NCBI GenBank assembly: GCA_022360445.1 | Contig: JAKSCV010000073.1 | Location: 657 to 64,656, forward strand | Direction of reading: 5' to 3' | Origin: Gammaproteobacteria bacterium | Lineage (GTDB): Bacteria; Pseudomonadota; Gammaproteobacteria; UBA5861 | Length of the DNA stretch: 64,000 nucleotides | Shown: positions 19,203 to 29,956 of the stretch, one piece after another | Layout of the letters: every line of letters starts with the position of its first letter | Position numbering within the stretch: the first letter of the stretch is position 1 | Notes under the pieces: model-generated | Told to the model about the DNA's origin: nothing | What the model saw: the letters and a program-made list of their open reading frames with translations, nothing else | Database searches by the model: none | Position numbers and translations under genes: made by a program

Positions 19203-20585
19203 GTGAAAGTAGAAAGTGAATACGCTGATACAAGTGTCTCGTCTGAATTGATCTATGAGCTTGAAGCAAAACCGCCGGTTGCAGCCTCATTTTTTGCGGC
19301 CCTGCAACATGTGTTGGCGAGTATCGTCGGTATTGTGACGCCTCCCATTATTATCAGTAATGCCTTGGGGCTTGAGGTGAACGATGCCTCTTATATTATC
19401 AGCATGACTTTATTTGTCTCGGGGGTTGCAACATTTATTCAAGCCCGAAGAATTGGCCCGGTAGGATCTGGTTTGCTCGCCGTTCAAGGGACCAGTTTTG
19501 CTTTTTTAGGGCCGATTATTGGCGCGGCAATTGCCGTTAAGAGCCAGGCGGATACTCAAACTGCGCTTGCGGTTGTGTTTGGCTGTGTCATGGCCGGAGC
19601 GTTCATTGAAATGTTTATCAGCCGCTTTTTGCACCTGGCGCAACGAATTATCACTCCGGTTGTAACCGGCGTCGTCGTTACCTTAATCGGCCTGACGTTG
19701 ATTAAAGTAGGCCTGGTGAGTATGGCCGGTGGCTTTTATGTCATGAATAATGTGCCCGATCAGTTTGCCAGCCTACAGAATTTAGGTATCGCCTTTGTGG
19801 TGCTGGCCATTATTGTCCTCCTGAATATGAGTAAGAACGCATACTTGCGTATGTCCTCGATTGTTATTGGCCTTGCCGTGGGATATCTCATTGCTGTGAC
19901 TTTGGGTATGGTGAATTTTTCCCGGCTCGAAAATTTAAGTGCATTCAATGTGCCCCAGCCGTTTAAATACGGCATTGATTTCTCTTGGGGCGCGTTTATT
20001 GCGATTGGTTTGGTCTATGTTATTACGGCGATTGAATCGATCGGAGACCTGACAGCCTCATCCATGATTTCCAAGCAACCTGTCAAAGGGCCTGTATATA
20101 TGGAGCGGATCAAAGGCGGCGTGTTGGCGGATGGGATTAACTCCTTTCTGGCTGGCGTTTTCAATTCCTTTCCCAATACGACGTTCAGCCAGAATAACGG
20201 TGTGATCCAGCTGACCGGCGTGGCCAGCCGCTATGTTGCGTATTTTATTTCGGGTATTTTGGTGGTCATGGGCTTGTCACCTTTTCTGGCAGGCGTGTTT
20301 CGCCTGATGCCCGAGCCGGTATTGGGGGGTGCGACAATCCTGATGTTTGGCACAGTCGCCGCAGCTGGTGTCAAGATACTGGCCTCCCAGGTGATTGATA
20401 ATCGCTCCACTTTGATTATCGCCGTTTCTCTGGGCTTAGGCCTGGGTGTGACGATGGTACCCGATGTGCTGAAAAATGTTGCGCCTCCGGAGATCAAAAA
20501 TGTTTTTGCCTCCGGCATCACCACAGGTGGTTTGACGGCGATCTTTCTTAACCTGATATTGCCACAGAAAAAACCAACGGCGTAG
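19203..20585 (+). CDS. NCS2-family nucleobase permease (uric acid/xanthine permease type)
   Basis: 460 aa polytopic NCS2-like sequence. GTG start at 19203, preceded by a GAGAGGG Shine-Dalgarno. Confidence 0.85.
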   Translation: MKVESEYADTSVSSELIYELEAKPPVAASFFAALQHVLASIVGIVTPPIIISNALGLEVNDASYIISMTLFVSGVATFIQARRIGPVGSGLLAVQGTSFAFLGPIIGAAIAVKSQADTQTALAVVFGCVMAGAFIEMFISRFLHLAQRIITPVVTGVVVTLIGLTLIKVGLVSMAGGFYVMNNVPDQFASLQNLGIAFVVLAIIVLLNMSKNAYLRMSSIVIGLAVGYLIAVTLGMVNFSRLENLSAFNVPQPFKYGIDFSWGAFIAIGLVYVITAIESIGDLTASSMISKQPVKGPVYMERIKGGVLADGINSFLAGVFNSFPNTTFSQNNGVIQLTGVASRYVAYFISGILVVMGLSPFLAGVFRLMPEPVLGGATILMFGTVAAAGVKILASQVIDNRSTLIIAVSLGLGLGVTMVPDVLKNVAPPEIKNVFASGITTGGLTAIFLNLILPQKKPTA

Positions 20586-20615
20586 AGTTAAGAAAAGCCC
20601 AAGGACCGCATAAAA

Positions 20616-20969
20616 ATGAATACGCTAACGACCCATGTCCTGGACCAGCAATCGGGGCTTCCCGGGAAAAACATTGCGCTGGAACTGTTCCTCCTCCGAG
20701 ATGAGCAGCGTGAGTGCCTGATGAAAGCAGTTACGAATGAAGATGGACGAACAGATGCGCCGCTCTTACAAGGTACATCCTGGATGCCTGGTGAGTATGA
20801 GCTGATTTTTCATGTGGGCAACTACTTTCGAACGCAAGGGCTTGAGCTGCCTCATCCGCCTTTTCTGGATAAAGTGGTTATTCGGTTCGGCATGACGGCT
20901 GAGCTCGAGCATTACCATGTTCCTTTGCTCGTCTCGCCCTACGGCTATACGACGTATCGAGGGAGTTGA
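20616..20969 (+). CDS. hiuH: 5-hydroxyisourate hydrolase (transthyretin-like)
   Basis: 117 aa ending in the signature YRGS. Confidence 0.9.
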   Translation: MNTLTTHVLDQQSGLPGKNIALELFLLRDEQRECLMKAVTNEDGRTDAPLLQGTSWMPGEYELIFHVGNYFRTQGLELPHPPFLDKVVIRFGMTAELEHYHVPLLVSPYGYTTYRGS

Positions 20970-20971
20970 CG

Positions 20972-22456
20972 ATGGCGGTGGACTCACAGACGATCCGTTT
21001 TTTTCTGGGAGAGGAACTGCAAGAAGTCCACGATCTGGATACCAACACCACCGTGTTGAATTACCTTCGCCTACTGGCGGGCCGACGAGGCGCTAAAGAA
21101 GGTTGTGCCGAGGGCGATTGCGGGGCTTGTACCGTCGTGGTAGGACGGCCGGTAAGTGACCAAGTGGAATACCGGGCCGTGAATGCGTGTATCCAACTGC
21201 TACCAACGCTGGACGGGTGCCAGTTGCTTACAGTGGAAGACATTCGCTCATCAACGGGCGAACTTCATCCTGTTCAACAAGCCCTTTTAAATCGAAATGG
21301 CACACAATGTGGTTTTTGCACGCCCGGTATTGTGATGTCTTTACTTGCCCTCAGCCAACAAATGGGCCCAAGCAGTGCTTACGAAAGACGGCTTGCTCTC
21401 GTCGGCAATCTCTGTCGCTGCACGGGTTATGGGCCCATATTGGACGCGGCTGAGGATATCGTAGACAAAGTCGAAGACACTCCAAAACAGTCTTGGCAAA
21501 CGCCTGCCTGGAATCGGCTGAAACACACAACGCCTTTGTCACTTAAGGTTGCTGAGAAACAATTTTTTGCGCCCCAATCAGTACAGGAACTGATCCAACT
21601 ACTGGATGAATTTCCTGGGTCGACCTTGCTTGCGGGTGGAACGGATATAGGCCTATGGGTGACCAAACAGCAACAAGAACTGGATACAATCATCTACTTG
21701 GGAAACATTGCCGAATTGCAAGAAACCACGTTTGGTCAGGAAGTGCTGACGATTGGCGCGACAGCCACCTACCAGAGTGCACTTCCTCTGATTACAGAAC
21801 ACCTTCCTGCATTGGGGGTCTTGATTGAGCGCATTGGCTCTGTACAGATCCGCAATGTCGGAACCATCGGGGGCAATATTGCCAACGGTTCGCCTATTGG
21901 TGACATGCCGCCACCATTGATTGCACTGAATGCCACCTTGTACCTGCAAAGTTCATCCGGGCAACGGTCCATGCCGCTGGAAGACTTCTTTATCGAGTAT
22001 GGAAAACAAGCCAGACGCCCCGGTGAGTTTGTCGAAAAAATCGGTATACCGTCACCGCCCAAACACAGCCTGTTCAATGTCTACAAAGTGTCCAAGCGAT
22101 TTGACCAAGATATCTCGGCTGTTTGCGGCGCGTTTCATGTGCAACTGGATGCTAGGCCCGACGAAGGTCGTGAGCCACTCATCGTCTCGGCGCGGATCTG
22201 TTTTGGTGGTATGGCCGGTACACCCGCCCGTGCGCGTTATGTTGAGCAAAGTCTTCAAGGGAACAGGTGGAACGAAGTGACCATCAAAAAGGCACAGGTG
22301 CTGATGGACCAGGACTACGCTCCCATCACCGATATGCGGGCAAGTGCAACCTACCGTTTGCAGGTTGCCAAAAATTTACTGCGCCGATTCTATTTGGAGT
22401 CCTATGTGGGCCGAGGCACTGCTCGAATTGATCGGCAACAGGTAGTTTCAAGATGA
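20972..22456 (+). CDS. xdhA: Xanthine dehydrogenase small subunit (2Fe-2S + FAD-binding)
   Basis: Ferredoxin-type Cys motifs (CAEGDCGACTV, CGFCTPG) plus a CO-dehydrogenase flavoprotein domain. An ATG two codons inside the TTG-initiated ORF call was chosen. Confidence 0.9.
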   Translation: MAVDSQTIRFFLGEELQEVHDLDTNTTVLNYLRLLAGRRGAKEGCAEGDCGACTVVVGRPVSDQVEYRAVNACIQLLPTLDGCQLLTVEDIRSSTGELHPVQQALLNRNGTQCGFCTPGIVMSLLALSQQMGPSSAYERRLALVGNLCRCTGYGPILDAAEDIVDKVEDTPKQSWQTPAWNRLKHTTPLSLKVAEKQFFAPQSVQELIQLLDEFPGSTLLAGGTDIGLWVTKQQQELDTIIYLGNIAELQETTFGQEVLTIGATATYQSALPLITEHLPALGVLIERIGSVQIRNVGTIGGNIANGSPIGDMPPPLIALNATLYLQSSSGQRSMPLEDFFIEYGKQARRPGEFVEKIGIPSPPKHSLFNVYKVSKRFDQDISAVCGAFHVQLDARPDEGREPLIVSARICFGGMAGTPARARYVEQSLQGNRWNEVTIKKAQVLMDQDYAPITDMRASATYRLQVAKNLLRRFYLESYVGRGTARIDRQQVVSR

Positions 22457-24786
22457 CAGCGCTCACGTTCGAGAAGAGCAGCCCCATCCAGGGCGGTGTG
22501 CACATGCCGCAGCCCCATGACAGCGCGGCGAAACAGCTGAGTGGTCAGGCGGTTTATATCTGTGACATGCCCGATGTAACGGGGCAGGTTCATATCCATG
22601 TGGCCTATAGCACTCAGGCGCATGCGCGTGTGCTTAAAATGGACTTGTCCGAAGTGGGAACCTACCCCGGCGTCATCACCGTACTGACAGCCGATGATAT
22701 CCCGGGTGAGAACGATGTCAGCCCCGTAATCCCAGGTGACCCTGTGTTTGCCAAGGGCTTGGTGGAATACGCTGGCCAATCGTTATTTGCGGTGGTTGCC
22801 GAATCGCTAGTCGTTGCACGCCTCGCCGCGAAGCGAGCTGTTATCGAATACGATCCTTTGGAAGCGCTGATTGACGTAGAAACTGCCTTGGCACGTGACC
22901 ATTATGTTTTGCCGAGTAAAACGCTTCGCAAAGGAAGCGCAGCGCAGGCGCTGGAAAGTGCGCCCCACCGGCTGCAGGGATCGCTAGTCATCGGCGGGCA
23001 GGATCATTTCTATCTGGAAGGTCAGGCCGCTTTTGCCAAGCCTGGTGAAGATCAGGATGTCACGATTTACAGCTCCACCCAGCACCCCTCCGAAGTGCAG
23101 CATTGTTGTGCCCGTGTGCTGGGCATTCCCGATCATTGTGTGACGGTGGAAGTCCGCAGGCTCGGTGGCGGGTTTGGTGGTAAGGAGTCCCAACCGGCGC
23201 TTTTTGCCGCCATTGCCGCTCTGGCCGCTAAAAAAACAGGCCGGGCTGCAAAAGTAGTGCTCGATCGGGATGCCGACATGATCATGACGGGCAAGCGTCA
23301 TGACTTCAGAACCCATTACGATGTCGGCTTTGATTCCAAAGGGGTGATTCAAGGCATCGAAATGACATTGGCCTCACGCTGTGGCATGTCGGCTGATTTG
23401 TCTGGAGCTATAAACGACCGTACCGTTTTTCATGCGGATAACGCCTACTTCCTTGAGCATGTCACGATTCATTCTCACCGGTGCAAAACGCATACGGTTT
23501 CCAATACGGCTTTCCGGGGGTTTGGCGGGCCACAGGGCATGATGGTCATTGAGCGTGTACTCGAAGACATAGCCTGCTATCTGGGTGAAGACCCGCTGAG
23601 CATTCGCCGCCGGAATCTCTATGGCCAAAAGGACCGTAATATCACACCTTACGGCATGGCGATCGAAGACAATATTCTCGATACGCTTTTGGATCAACTC
23701 GAGCAGAATGCCGACTACCAGAAGCGCCGAAAGCAGGTCCAGGCATTCAACCAGGAAAGCCATGTGCTTAAAAAAGGCCTGGCGCTGACACCGGTGAAGT
23801 TTGGTATTTCCTTCACGACCAAACACCTGAATCAGGCCGGTGCATTGATTCACATCTACAGTGACGGCAGCATCATGCTCAATCATGGCGGCATTGAGAT
23901 GGGCCAGGGTTTGTACATCAAAGTGGCTCAGGTGGTTGCTGAAACGCTGCAAGTTGATATTGATCGCATCAAAATCACTGCCGCTTCGACCGCCAAAGTC
24001 CCAAACACGTCGGCGACCGCGGCTTCCAGTGGCTCCGACCTCAACGGAAAAGCCGCCGAAGTGGCGGCCCAGAAACTGAAAAAACGATTGCAAGCCTTTG
24101 CAGCTGAGCATTATGACGTGGCAATCGAAACTGTTTGCTTTACGCCTAACCAGGTTTGCATCGGAAGCCGTGTGATACCTTTTGATGACTTGGTTAAACA
24201 AGCCTATCTGAGTCGTGTATCGCTCTCGGCCACAGGGTTTTACCGCACACCAGAGATAAACTTTGATGCCGACACACAACAGGGTCGTCCGTTTTATTAT
24301 TTTGCCTATGGCGCGGCCGTTTCTGAAGTGTTGGTCGACACGCTGACCGGTGAATACCAGGTGAGCCGTGTCGATATTTTGCACGACTGCGGTGAGTCCT
24401 TGAATCCGGCAATGGACAAAGGACAAATCGAAGGCGGTTTCATCCAAGGCATGGGTTGGCTCACCACCGAAGAGCTTGTGTTTGATTCGTCCGGTCAGCT
24501 AAAAACGCATGCGCCATCAACCTATAAAATCCCCACCTGTGCCGATCGGCCAGCGGTAATGAATATTAATATTGTGGACAATAACCCCAATCGGGTTGAA
24601 ACGGTTTACCGCTCCAAAGCCGTCGGCGAGCCGCCCTTGATGCTGGCGATTTCCGTTTTTCATGCGCTGAGCGATGCGGTGGCCAGCCTGGGTGATGACC
24701 GGCAGCGGCCAACATTAAATGCGCCCGCTACACCTGAGGCGGTTTTGATGGCGTGTGAGGCGATGCGTAGGGAGGTTGGTGGATGA
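22453..24786 (+). CDS. xdhB: Xanthine dehydrogenase molybdopterin-binding large subunit
   Basis: 777 aa. ATGA overlap with xdhA. Confidence 0.95.
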   Translation: MTALTFEKSSPIQGGVHMPQPHDSAAKQLSGQAVYICDMPDVTGQVHIHVAYSTQAHARVLKMDLSEVGTYPGVITVLTADDIPGENDVSPVIPGDPVFAKGLVEYAGQSLFAVVAESLVVARLAAKRAVIEYDPLEALIDVETALARDHYVLPSKTLRKGSAAQALESAPHRLQGSLVIGGQDHFYLEGQAAFAKPGEDQDVTIYSSTQHPSEVQHCCARVLGIPDHCVTVEVRRLGGGFGGKESQPALFAAIAALAAKKTGRAAKVVLDRDADMIMTGKRHDFRTHYDVGFDSKGVIQGIEMTLASRCGMSADLSGAINDRTVFHADNAYFLEHVTIHSHRCKTHTVSNTAFRGFGGPQGMMVIERVLEDIACYLGEDPLSIRRRNLYGQKDRNITPYGMAIEDNILDTLLDQLEQNADYQKRRKQVQAFNQESHVLKKGLALTPVKFGISFTTKHLNQAGALIHIYSDGSIMLNHGGIEMGQGLYIKVAQVVAETLQVDIDRIKITAASTAKVPNTSATAASSGSDLNGKAAEVAAQKLKKRLQAFAAEHYDVAIETVCFTPNQVCIGSRVIPFDDLVKQAYLSRVSLSATGFYRTPEINFDADTQQGRPFYYFAYGAAVSEVLVDTLTGEYQVSRVDILHDCGESLNPAMDKGQIEGGFIQGMGWLTTEELVFDSSGQLKTHAPSTYKIPTCADRPAVMNINIVDNNPNRVETVYRSKAVGEPPLMLAISVFHALSDAVASLGDDRQRPTLNAPATPEAVLMACEAMRREVGG

Positions 24787-25859
24787 AACCCTGGATAGCA
24801 GCGTGGCAACAATGTTTAGAACAAGAACAAACCTGTGTTCTGGTGACCCAGGCTGCCGCCAGAGGCTCTGTTCCTCAGCATTGTGGCGCTAAACTCATTG
24901 TTACGCACACTTCCCAGTGGGGAACCATTGGCGGCGGGCAGCTCGAATTTCACGCCTTGCAGCAAGCCAGAGACGCACTGGTCAATCCTCAAGCACAGGC
25001 CTCATGGTCAGAAACCTGCAATCTAGGCGCTCGGGTCGGGCAGTGTTGTGGTGGGGAAGTTCGATTGGTTTATCAGAAGATGGATCGCACGGATCCTTCG
25101 CTCGATGAGTTATGGTCCTGCTTGGCGAAGGCAGAGAGCAGCCAAGGGTTTTTATTGTCATCGCTCGAACCGATGGCCGGATTGCCACATGTAATTGACA
25201 AGTCAAGTTTAGAAGCATGGTCGAGTGAATCTTCTACTGATGTAGAGCGTTTCCTACAGGATCCGCACAGGCAAGTACTCTTGTTCACAGAACAAGGACA
25301 ACACTGGATGTTGGAAAAAACCGTGCAGAATGTGCCGGATCTTTTGCTCTTCGGAGCCGGGCATGTTGGACAAGCCGTTGCCCGGGCGCTGGCACCACTC
25401 GCCTTCAAGGTGAACTGGGTGGACAGCCGTTTTGATGAGATGATCGGAGCCGATTTCAAAGGCATTCGGTTTGTTCAGTCGGGAGATCCGCTCTACGAAG
25501 TCAATCAGGCGCCGGTGGATGCCTGGTACCTGGTGATGACGCATGATCACGCGCAAGATTTTGATATTGTCCAAGCCATCCTAAAACGGTCAGATTTTTA
25601 TCACCTCGGGATGATTGGGTCTGAAACAAAGCGTCGCCGGTTTCATCGGCGCTTGCTGGCGCGCGGTTTTACCACGGAGCAATTGAGCCGAATGCAGTGC
25701 CCGATTGGCATTTCGGGTATCCATTCCAAGCAACCAGAAGCCATCGCCGTATCAGTTGCGGCCGATTTGCTGAGACGGCGGCAGCGACAGTTGCTGCACT
25801 GCTCTGAAAACCTTTTAAGTTCTGATGGTGTTGCCTGTCGAGGAGCACAGAGAACATGA
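24783..25859 (+). CDS. xdhC: Xanthine dehydrogenase accessory/Mo-cofactor insertion protein XdhC
   Basis: XdhC/CoxI family. ATGA overlap with xdhB. Confidence 0.8.
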   Translation: MKPWIAAWQQCLEQEQTCVLVTQAAARGSVPQHCGAKLIVTHTSQWGTIGGGQLEFHALQQARDALVNPQAQASWSETCNLGARVGQCCGGEVRLVYQKMDRTDPSLDELWSCLAKAESSQGFLLSSLEPMAGLPHVIDKSSLEAWSSESSTDVERFLQDPHRQVLLFTEQGQHWMLEKTVQNVPDLLLFGAGHVGQAVARALAPLAFKVNWVDSRFDEMIGADFKGIRFVQSGDPLYEVNQAPVDAWYLVMTHDHAQDFDIVQAILKRSDFYHLGMIGSETKRRRFHRRLLARGFTTEQLSRMQCPIGISGIHSKQPEAIAVSVAADLLRRRQRQLLHCSENLLSSDGVACRGAQRT

Positions 25860-26335
25860 AAACAGACGACGCACAGTCATTAATGCGGCAAGCCATTCGC
25901 TTATCTCTGGAGAAAATGGATCAGGGGCAAGGGGGGCCTTTCGGGGCTGTCATTGCCCTTGAAGGGAGAATTATTTCAGAAGGTTACAACCAGGTGACCA
26001 GCCAGAATGACCCAACAGCCCATGCCGAAATTGTCGCGATTCGGCGGGCGTGTGAAACGCTGAATACATTTAGCCTGGCCGGTTGCGATATTTACACCAG
26101 TTGCGAGCCCTGTCCCATGTGCTTAAGCGCGATCTACTGGGCCAGAATTGACCAGATCTACTACGCCAACACACGGCAGGATGCCGCAATGATCGGGTTT
26201 GATGATGAATTCCTTTACCGGGAAGTTTCTATTCCCCTGGAGCATCGGCAGATCCCCACAATCCGGTTGCTTGAACACGAAGCAATGGCCGCATTTGAAG
26301 CCTGGACAAACAAGCCTGACAAAATACGGTATTGA
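25856..26335 (+). CDS. guaD: Guanine deaminase of the cytidine/dCMP-deaminase (CDA) fold
   Basis: HAE and CEPCPMC zinc-ligand motifs. 159 aa. 4-nt overlap with xdhC. Confidence 0.85.
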   Translation: MKTDDAQSLMRQAIRLSLEKMDQGQGGPFGAVIALEGRIISEGYNQVTSQNDPTAHAEIVAIRRACETLNTFSLAGCDIYTSCEPCPMCLSAIYWARIDQIYYANTRQDAAMIGFDDEFLYREVSIPLEHRQIPTIRLLEHEAMAAFEAWTNKPDKIRY

Positions 26336-26342
26336 GCTTGAA

Positions 26343-27920
26343 ATGAATCTTTCACATCCAAACACAACACCCCGCCTGCGTTTAAGTGGCATCACCAAAG
26401 CCTTCCCTGGCTGTTTAGCCAATGACAATATTGACTTTGCAGTTATGCCCGGTGAAATCCATGCACTACTCGGGGAAAACGGCGCGGGCAAAAGCACGCT
26501 GGTCAAAATTATTTACGGTTTGCTAAAGGCTGACCAAGGTGTGATCGAATGGGAAGGGAAACGCGTCTCTATCGATAACCCAGCGGCGGCACGGGCTTTG
26601 GGTATTGGAATGGTGTTCCAGCATTTCTCCCTCTTTGAAGCATTGACGGTGGCCGAAAATATTGCACTTTCACTGGATGGTGCTTACAACCTGGCGGCGT
26701 TGAGTGAGAAGATTACGGCAGTTTCCAGTAGTTATGGCCTTAAAATTGACCCTAAGCGCCTAGTTCATGAATTATCCGTCGGCGAGCGACAGCGGGTGGA
26801 AATCGTACGTTGTTTACTGCAGACCCCTCAGCTATTAGTGATGGATGAGCCCACTTCCGTATTGACGCCACAGGAGGTGGATAAGTTGTTTGAAGTACTC
26901 AGGCGGCTGTCTTCAGAAGGCGTTTCGATTCTTTACATTAGCCATAAGTTAGACGAAATCAAAGCGCTGTGCCACCACGCAACCATTTTGCGTCAAGGAC
27001 GTTTAGCGGGGGAGGTCGTGCCAGCCGAAGAAACCGCTTTGGGCATGGCGCAGTTGATGGTGGGAGAACAACTGGCCGAAACACTTCGGGACGACGCTGA
27101 CCGCGGCACATTAGACCCGGAAGTACTCTTTCAAGTGAATGAACTGACGTTACCCAGTGAACAACCATTCGGAGTGGATTTGCATGCCATTAATTTTGAA
27201 CTGAAGCGAGGTGAGATCTTTGGTATTGCCGGGGTGGCGGGCAATGGCCAGAATGAATTATTGGCCGCATTATCAGGTGAGGTGCGTACCCGCCCCGAGA
27301 CCATTCTGCTTAACCGGCAACCCATCGGTCGCTACTCACCGACTCAGCGCCGTTCCGCAGGGATGACCTATGTGCCTGAAGAGCGCCTGGGGCACGGTGC
27401 AGTTCCAACGATGGCGTTGCACGAAAATGCCTTTCTCAGCGGTTTCATTCGCCGTCGGCTTTTGCGACACGGCATGATTAATATACTGGCGAGAAACCGT
27501 TTTGCTCGGGAAGTTTGCAATGTCTTTAATGTGAAGCACAGTGGCATTGAGTCCGCGGCGGGGAGTTTATCCGGCGGCAATCTGCAAAAATACATTGTAG
27601 GCCGGGAGGTCTTGCAAAAACCAACCGTTTTCATTGCGGCACAACCAACCTGGGGTGTGGATGCTGGCGCAGCAACGGTGATCCACCAGGCATTACTGGA
27701 CTTGGCCGATACCGGCTCCGTCGTATTGATTGTTTCTCAGGATCTTGACGAACTTCTGTTGATCAGTGATCGGGTTTCTGTCATTTCAGGTGGCCGCTTA
27801 TCCGAGGCTATGCCAACCCGGATTGCAGACCGTAACAGGCTGGGCATGTTGATGGGGGGTATAAAAACTGGAGAGCCGCAGGACGGATCAGGGGTAGAGG
27901 GCGTTCAACATGCTGTTTAA
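26343..27920 (+). CDS. ABC transporter ATP-binding protein with two fused ATPase domains (nucleoside/sugar CUT2-like)
   Basis: Two Walker A and signature motifs ([17 protein letters not shown]). Start reset to MNLSHPN at 26343. The upstream part of the ORF call overlaps guaD. Confidence 0.85.
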   Translation: MNLSHPNTTPRLRLSGITKAFPGCLANDNIDFAVMPGEIHALLGENGAGKSTLVKIIYGLLKADQGVIEWEGKRVSIDNPAAARALGIGMVFQHFSLFEALTVAENIALSLDGAYNLAALSEKITAVSSSYGLKIDPKRLVHELSVGERQRVEIVRCLLQTPQLLVMDEPTSVLTPQEVDKLFEVLRRLSSEGVSILYISHKLDEIKALCHHATILRQGRLAGEVVPAEETALGMAQLMVGEQLAETLRDDADRGTLDPEVLFQVNELTLPSEQPFGVDLHAINFELKRGEIFGIAGVAGNGQNELLAALSGEVRTRPETILLNRQPIGRYSPTQRRSAGMTYVPEERLGHGAVPTMALHENAFLSGFIRRRLLRHGMINILARNRFAREVCNVFNVKHSGIESAAGSLSGGNLQKYIVGREVLQKPTVFIAAQPTWGVDAGAATVIHQALLDLADTGSVVLIVSQDLDELLLISDRVSVISGGRLSEAMPTRIADRNRLGMLMGGIKTGEPQDGSGVEGVQHAV

Positions 27921-28995
27921 ACTGGAACCACGTGGGGGCATTTCGGCGCGCATGGTGTACCTGACGCCACTGCTGGCGGTCGGCTTTACCCTCGTTGTTG
28001 GCGCCGCCCTGTTCGCAGCGCTGGGTTATGACCCAGTCCATACTTTGAAGGTCTTTTTTATTCATCCGGTGAGCTCGACCCAAGGACTGGCTGAACTGGG
28101 TGTTAAAGCTACTCCGCTCATCTTGATTGGGTTGGGTTTGGCCGTCGGATTTCGCGCAAATGTTTGGAATATTGGCGCTGAGGGCCAACTGACCCTAGGA
28201 GCCATTGCCGGAGGAGGTGTTGCGCTTTATTTTTATGACAGCAATAGCCCGTTGCTTTTACCCGCGATGATGGTGGCGGGCGTGCTGGGTGGCATGGCCT
28301 GGGCTGCTATCCCGGCATTTTTGAAGACGCGTTTCAATACCAATGAAATTCTAACCAGTCTCATGCTGACTTATGTGGCTTTGTTATTACTGGCGATGCT
28401 CGTGAATGGTCCCTGGCGTGATCCGGACGGGTATAACTTTCCGGAGTCGAGAATTTTTTCTGAGGCGGCCACATTACCGATCATATTGGAAGGGACGCGG
28501 CTACATTTTGGGGCGGCTATTGCCCTGTTGGTTGCTGTAATTCTATGGTTCTTATTCAGCCGAACACTGTTTGGGTTCCAGGTTCGCGTGATTGGCCAGG
28601 CGCCTGCCGCGGCCAGTTATGCCGGCTTCAGCCAGAAAAAAATGATTTGGATCAGCTTATTGTTAGCAGGGGGGTTGGCCGGTTTAGCCGGTTTGGTCGA
28701 AGTCGCCGGTCCCATCGGGCAGCTTTTGCCTCGCATTTCACCCGGGTACGGATTTACCGCCATCATTGTGGCCTTTTTAGGACGATTACATCCGGTGGGT
28801 GTGGTGTTGGCAGGGCTGTTGATGGCGCTGTCCTACCTGGGGGGCGAGTCGGCACAAATTGAGCTCGGCTTGCCCGTGGCAATGACAGGGGTTTTTCAGG
28901 GGATGCTGTTATTCTTTTTACTCGCCAGTGATGTACTAGTTACCTACCGGCTACGCTTGTTTCCCGGGTTGAAACGTCGTTCGGGAGGAGCCTGA
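27910..28995 (+). CDS. ABC transporter permease
   Basis: 361 aa polytopic protein. Overlaps the ATPase stop. Confidence 0.85.
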   Translation: MLFKLEPRGGISARMVYLTPLLAVGFTLVVGAALFAALGYDPVHTLKVFFIHPVSSTQGLAELGVKATPLILIGLGLAVGFRANVWNIGAEGQLTLGAIAGGGVALYFYDSNSPLLLPAMMVAGVLGGMAWAAIPAFLKTRFNTNEILTSLMLTYVALLLLAMLVNGPWRDPDGYNFPESRIFSEAATLPIILEGTRLHFGAAIALLVAVILWFLFSRTLFGFQVRVIGQAPAAASYAGFSQKKMIWISLLLAGGLAGLAGLVEVAGPIGQLLPRISPGYGFTAIIVAFLGRLHPVGVVLAGLLMALSYLGGESAQIELGLPVAMTGVFQGMLLFFLLASDVLVTYRLRLFPGLKRRSGGA

Positions 28996-28997
28996 TC

Positions 28998-29927
28998 ATG
29001 ATGAATTCAGAGGCGCTTATATTGACCTTGCTAACGGTGATCAGTGCGGCGACCCCCCTGATTTTTGCGGCCACCGGTGGGTTGGTCGCAGAAAAAAGTG
29101 GTGTTTTGAACTTGGGCGTTGAAGGCATGCTGTTGGTAGGGGCGGTAAGTGCCTTTTTGGCAGTCACCGAAACCCATAGTGCGTTATTCGCGTGTTTAGT
29201 GGCCTTGCTTGCGGGCGCGGGCATGGCGCTGATTTTTTCATTTTTAACGTTAACATTACATGCTAATCAGGTGGCTACAGGTTTGGCACTGACGATTTTT
29301 GGTATTGGTTTAAGTGCTCTTGTTGGACAGGATCTGGTCGGGGTTGCCTACGCTGGCTTACCGAAACTGACGATTCCTGTTTTGGCTGATATCCCGATTA
29401 TTGGCCCGTTGCTGTTTGATCATAATATCTTGATTTACCTTTCTATTGCACTCGTTTTTGGTGTTCTCTGGTTTCTTCAGAAAAGCCGCATGGGCTTGAT
29501 TTTACGGGCGGTAGGCGAGTCTCACGATGCGGCGCATGCCATTGGCTATCGGGTGGTGTTGATACGCTACCTTGCCACCCTTTTTGGCGGCGCCATGGCC
29601 GGTTTGGGCGGTGCTTATATTTCATTGTCTTATTCGCCGATGTGGGCCGAGAATATGACAGCCGGACGTGGCTGGATTGCACTGGCTCTGGTGGTGTTTG
29701 CAACCTGGCGACCCGTGCGGGTACTGCTGGGTGCTTATTTATTTGGCGGCATTACCATTCTGCAGCTGCATGCTCAGGCGATAGGCGTGAGCATACCTTC
29801 AGAAATGCTCTCAATGCTGCCCTATCTCGTCACCATTCTTGTGTTGGTGATGATTTCCAGAGACAGTAACCGGGTTTTAGGTAACGCGCCTGCCTGCTTG
29901 GGTAAGCCTTTTAATGCAGCAGCGTAA
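28998..29927 (+). CDS. ABC transporter permease
   Basis: 309 aa polytopic protein. ATGA-type coupling with the preceding permease. Confidence 0.85.
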   Translation: MMNSEALILTLLTVISAATPLIFAATGGLVAEKSGVLNLGVEGMLLVGAVSAFLAVTETHSALFACLVALLAGAGMALIFSFLTLTLHANQVATGLALTIFGIGLSALVGQDLVGVAYAGLPKLTIPVLADIPIIGPLLFDHNILIYLSIALVFGVLWFLQKSRMGLILRAVGESHDAAHAIGYRVVLIRYLATLFGGAMAGLGGAYISLSYSPMWAENMTAGRGWIALALVVFATWRPVRVLLGAYLFGGITILQLHAQAIGVSIPSEMLSMLPYLVTILVLVMISRDSNRVLGNAPACLGKPFNAAA

Positions 29928-29956
29928 TAATTTCATTAACCATCAAAGGAAGCGAT

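Noticed and set aside
23374-24447. 357-aa ORF antisense to xdhB
   Set aside because: It lies entirely inside a well-supported, highly conserved gene on the opposite strand. A long antisense ORF is expected in GC-rich coding DNA, and it has no recognisable motifs.
26199-26342. ORF-track N-terminal extension of the ABC ATPase overlapping guaD
   Set aside because: The extension has no ATPase homology and overlaps the guaD coding sequence. The conserved N-terminus starts at MNLSHPN (26343).
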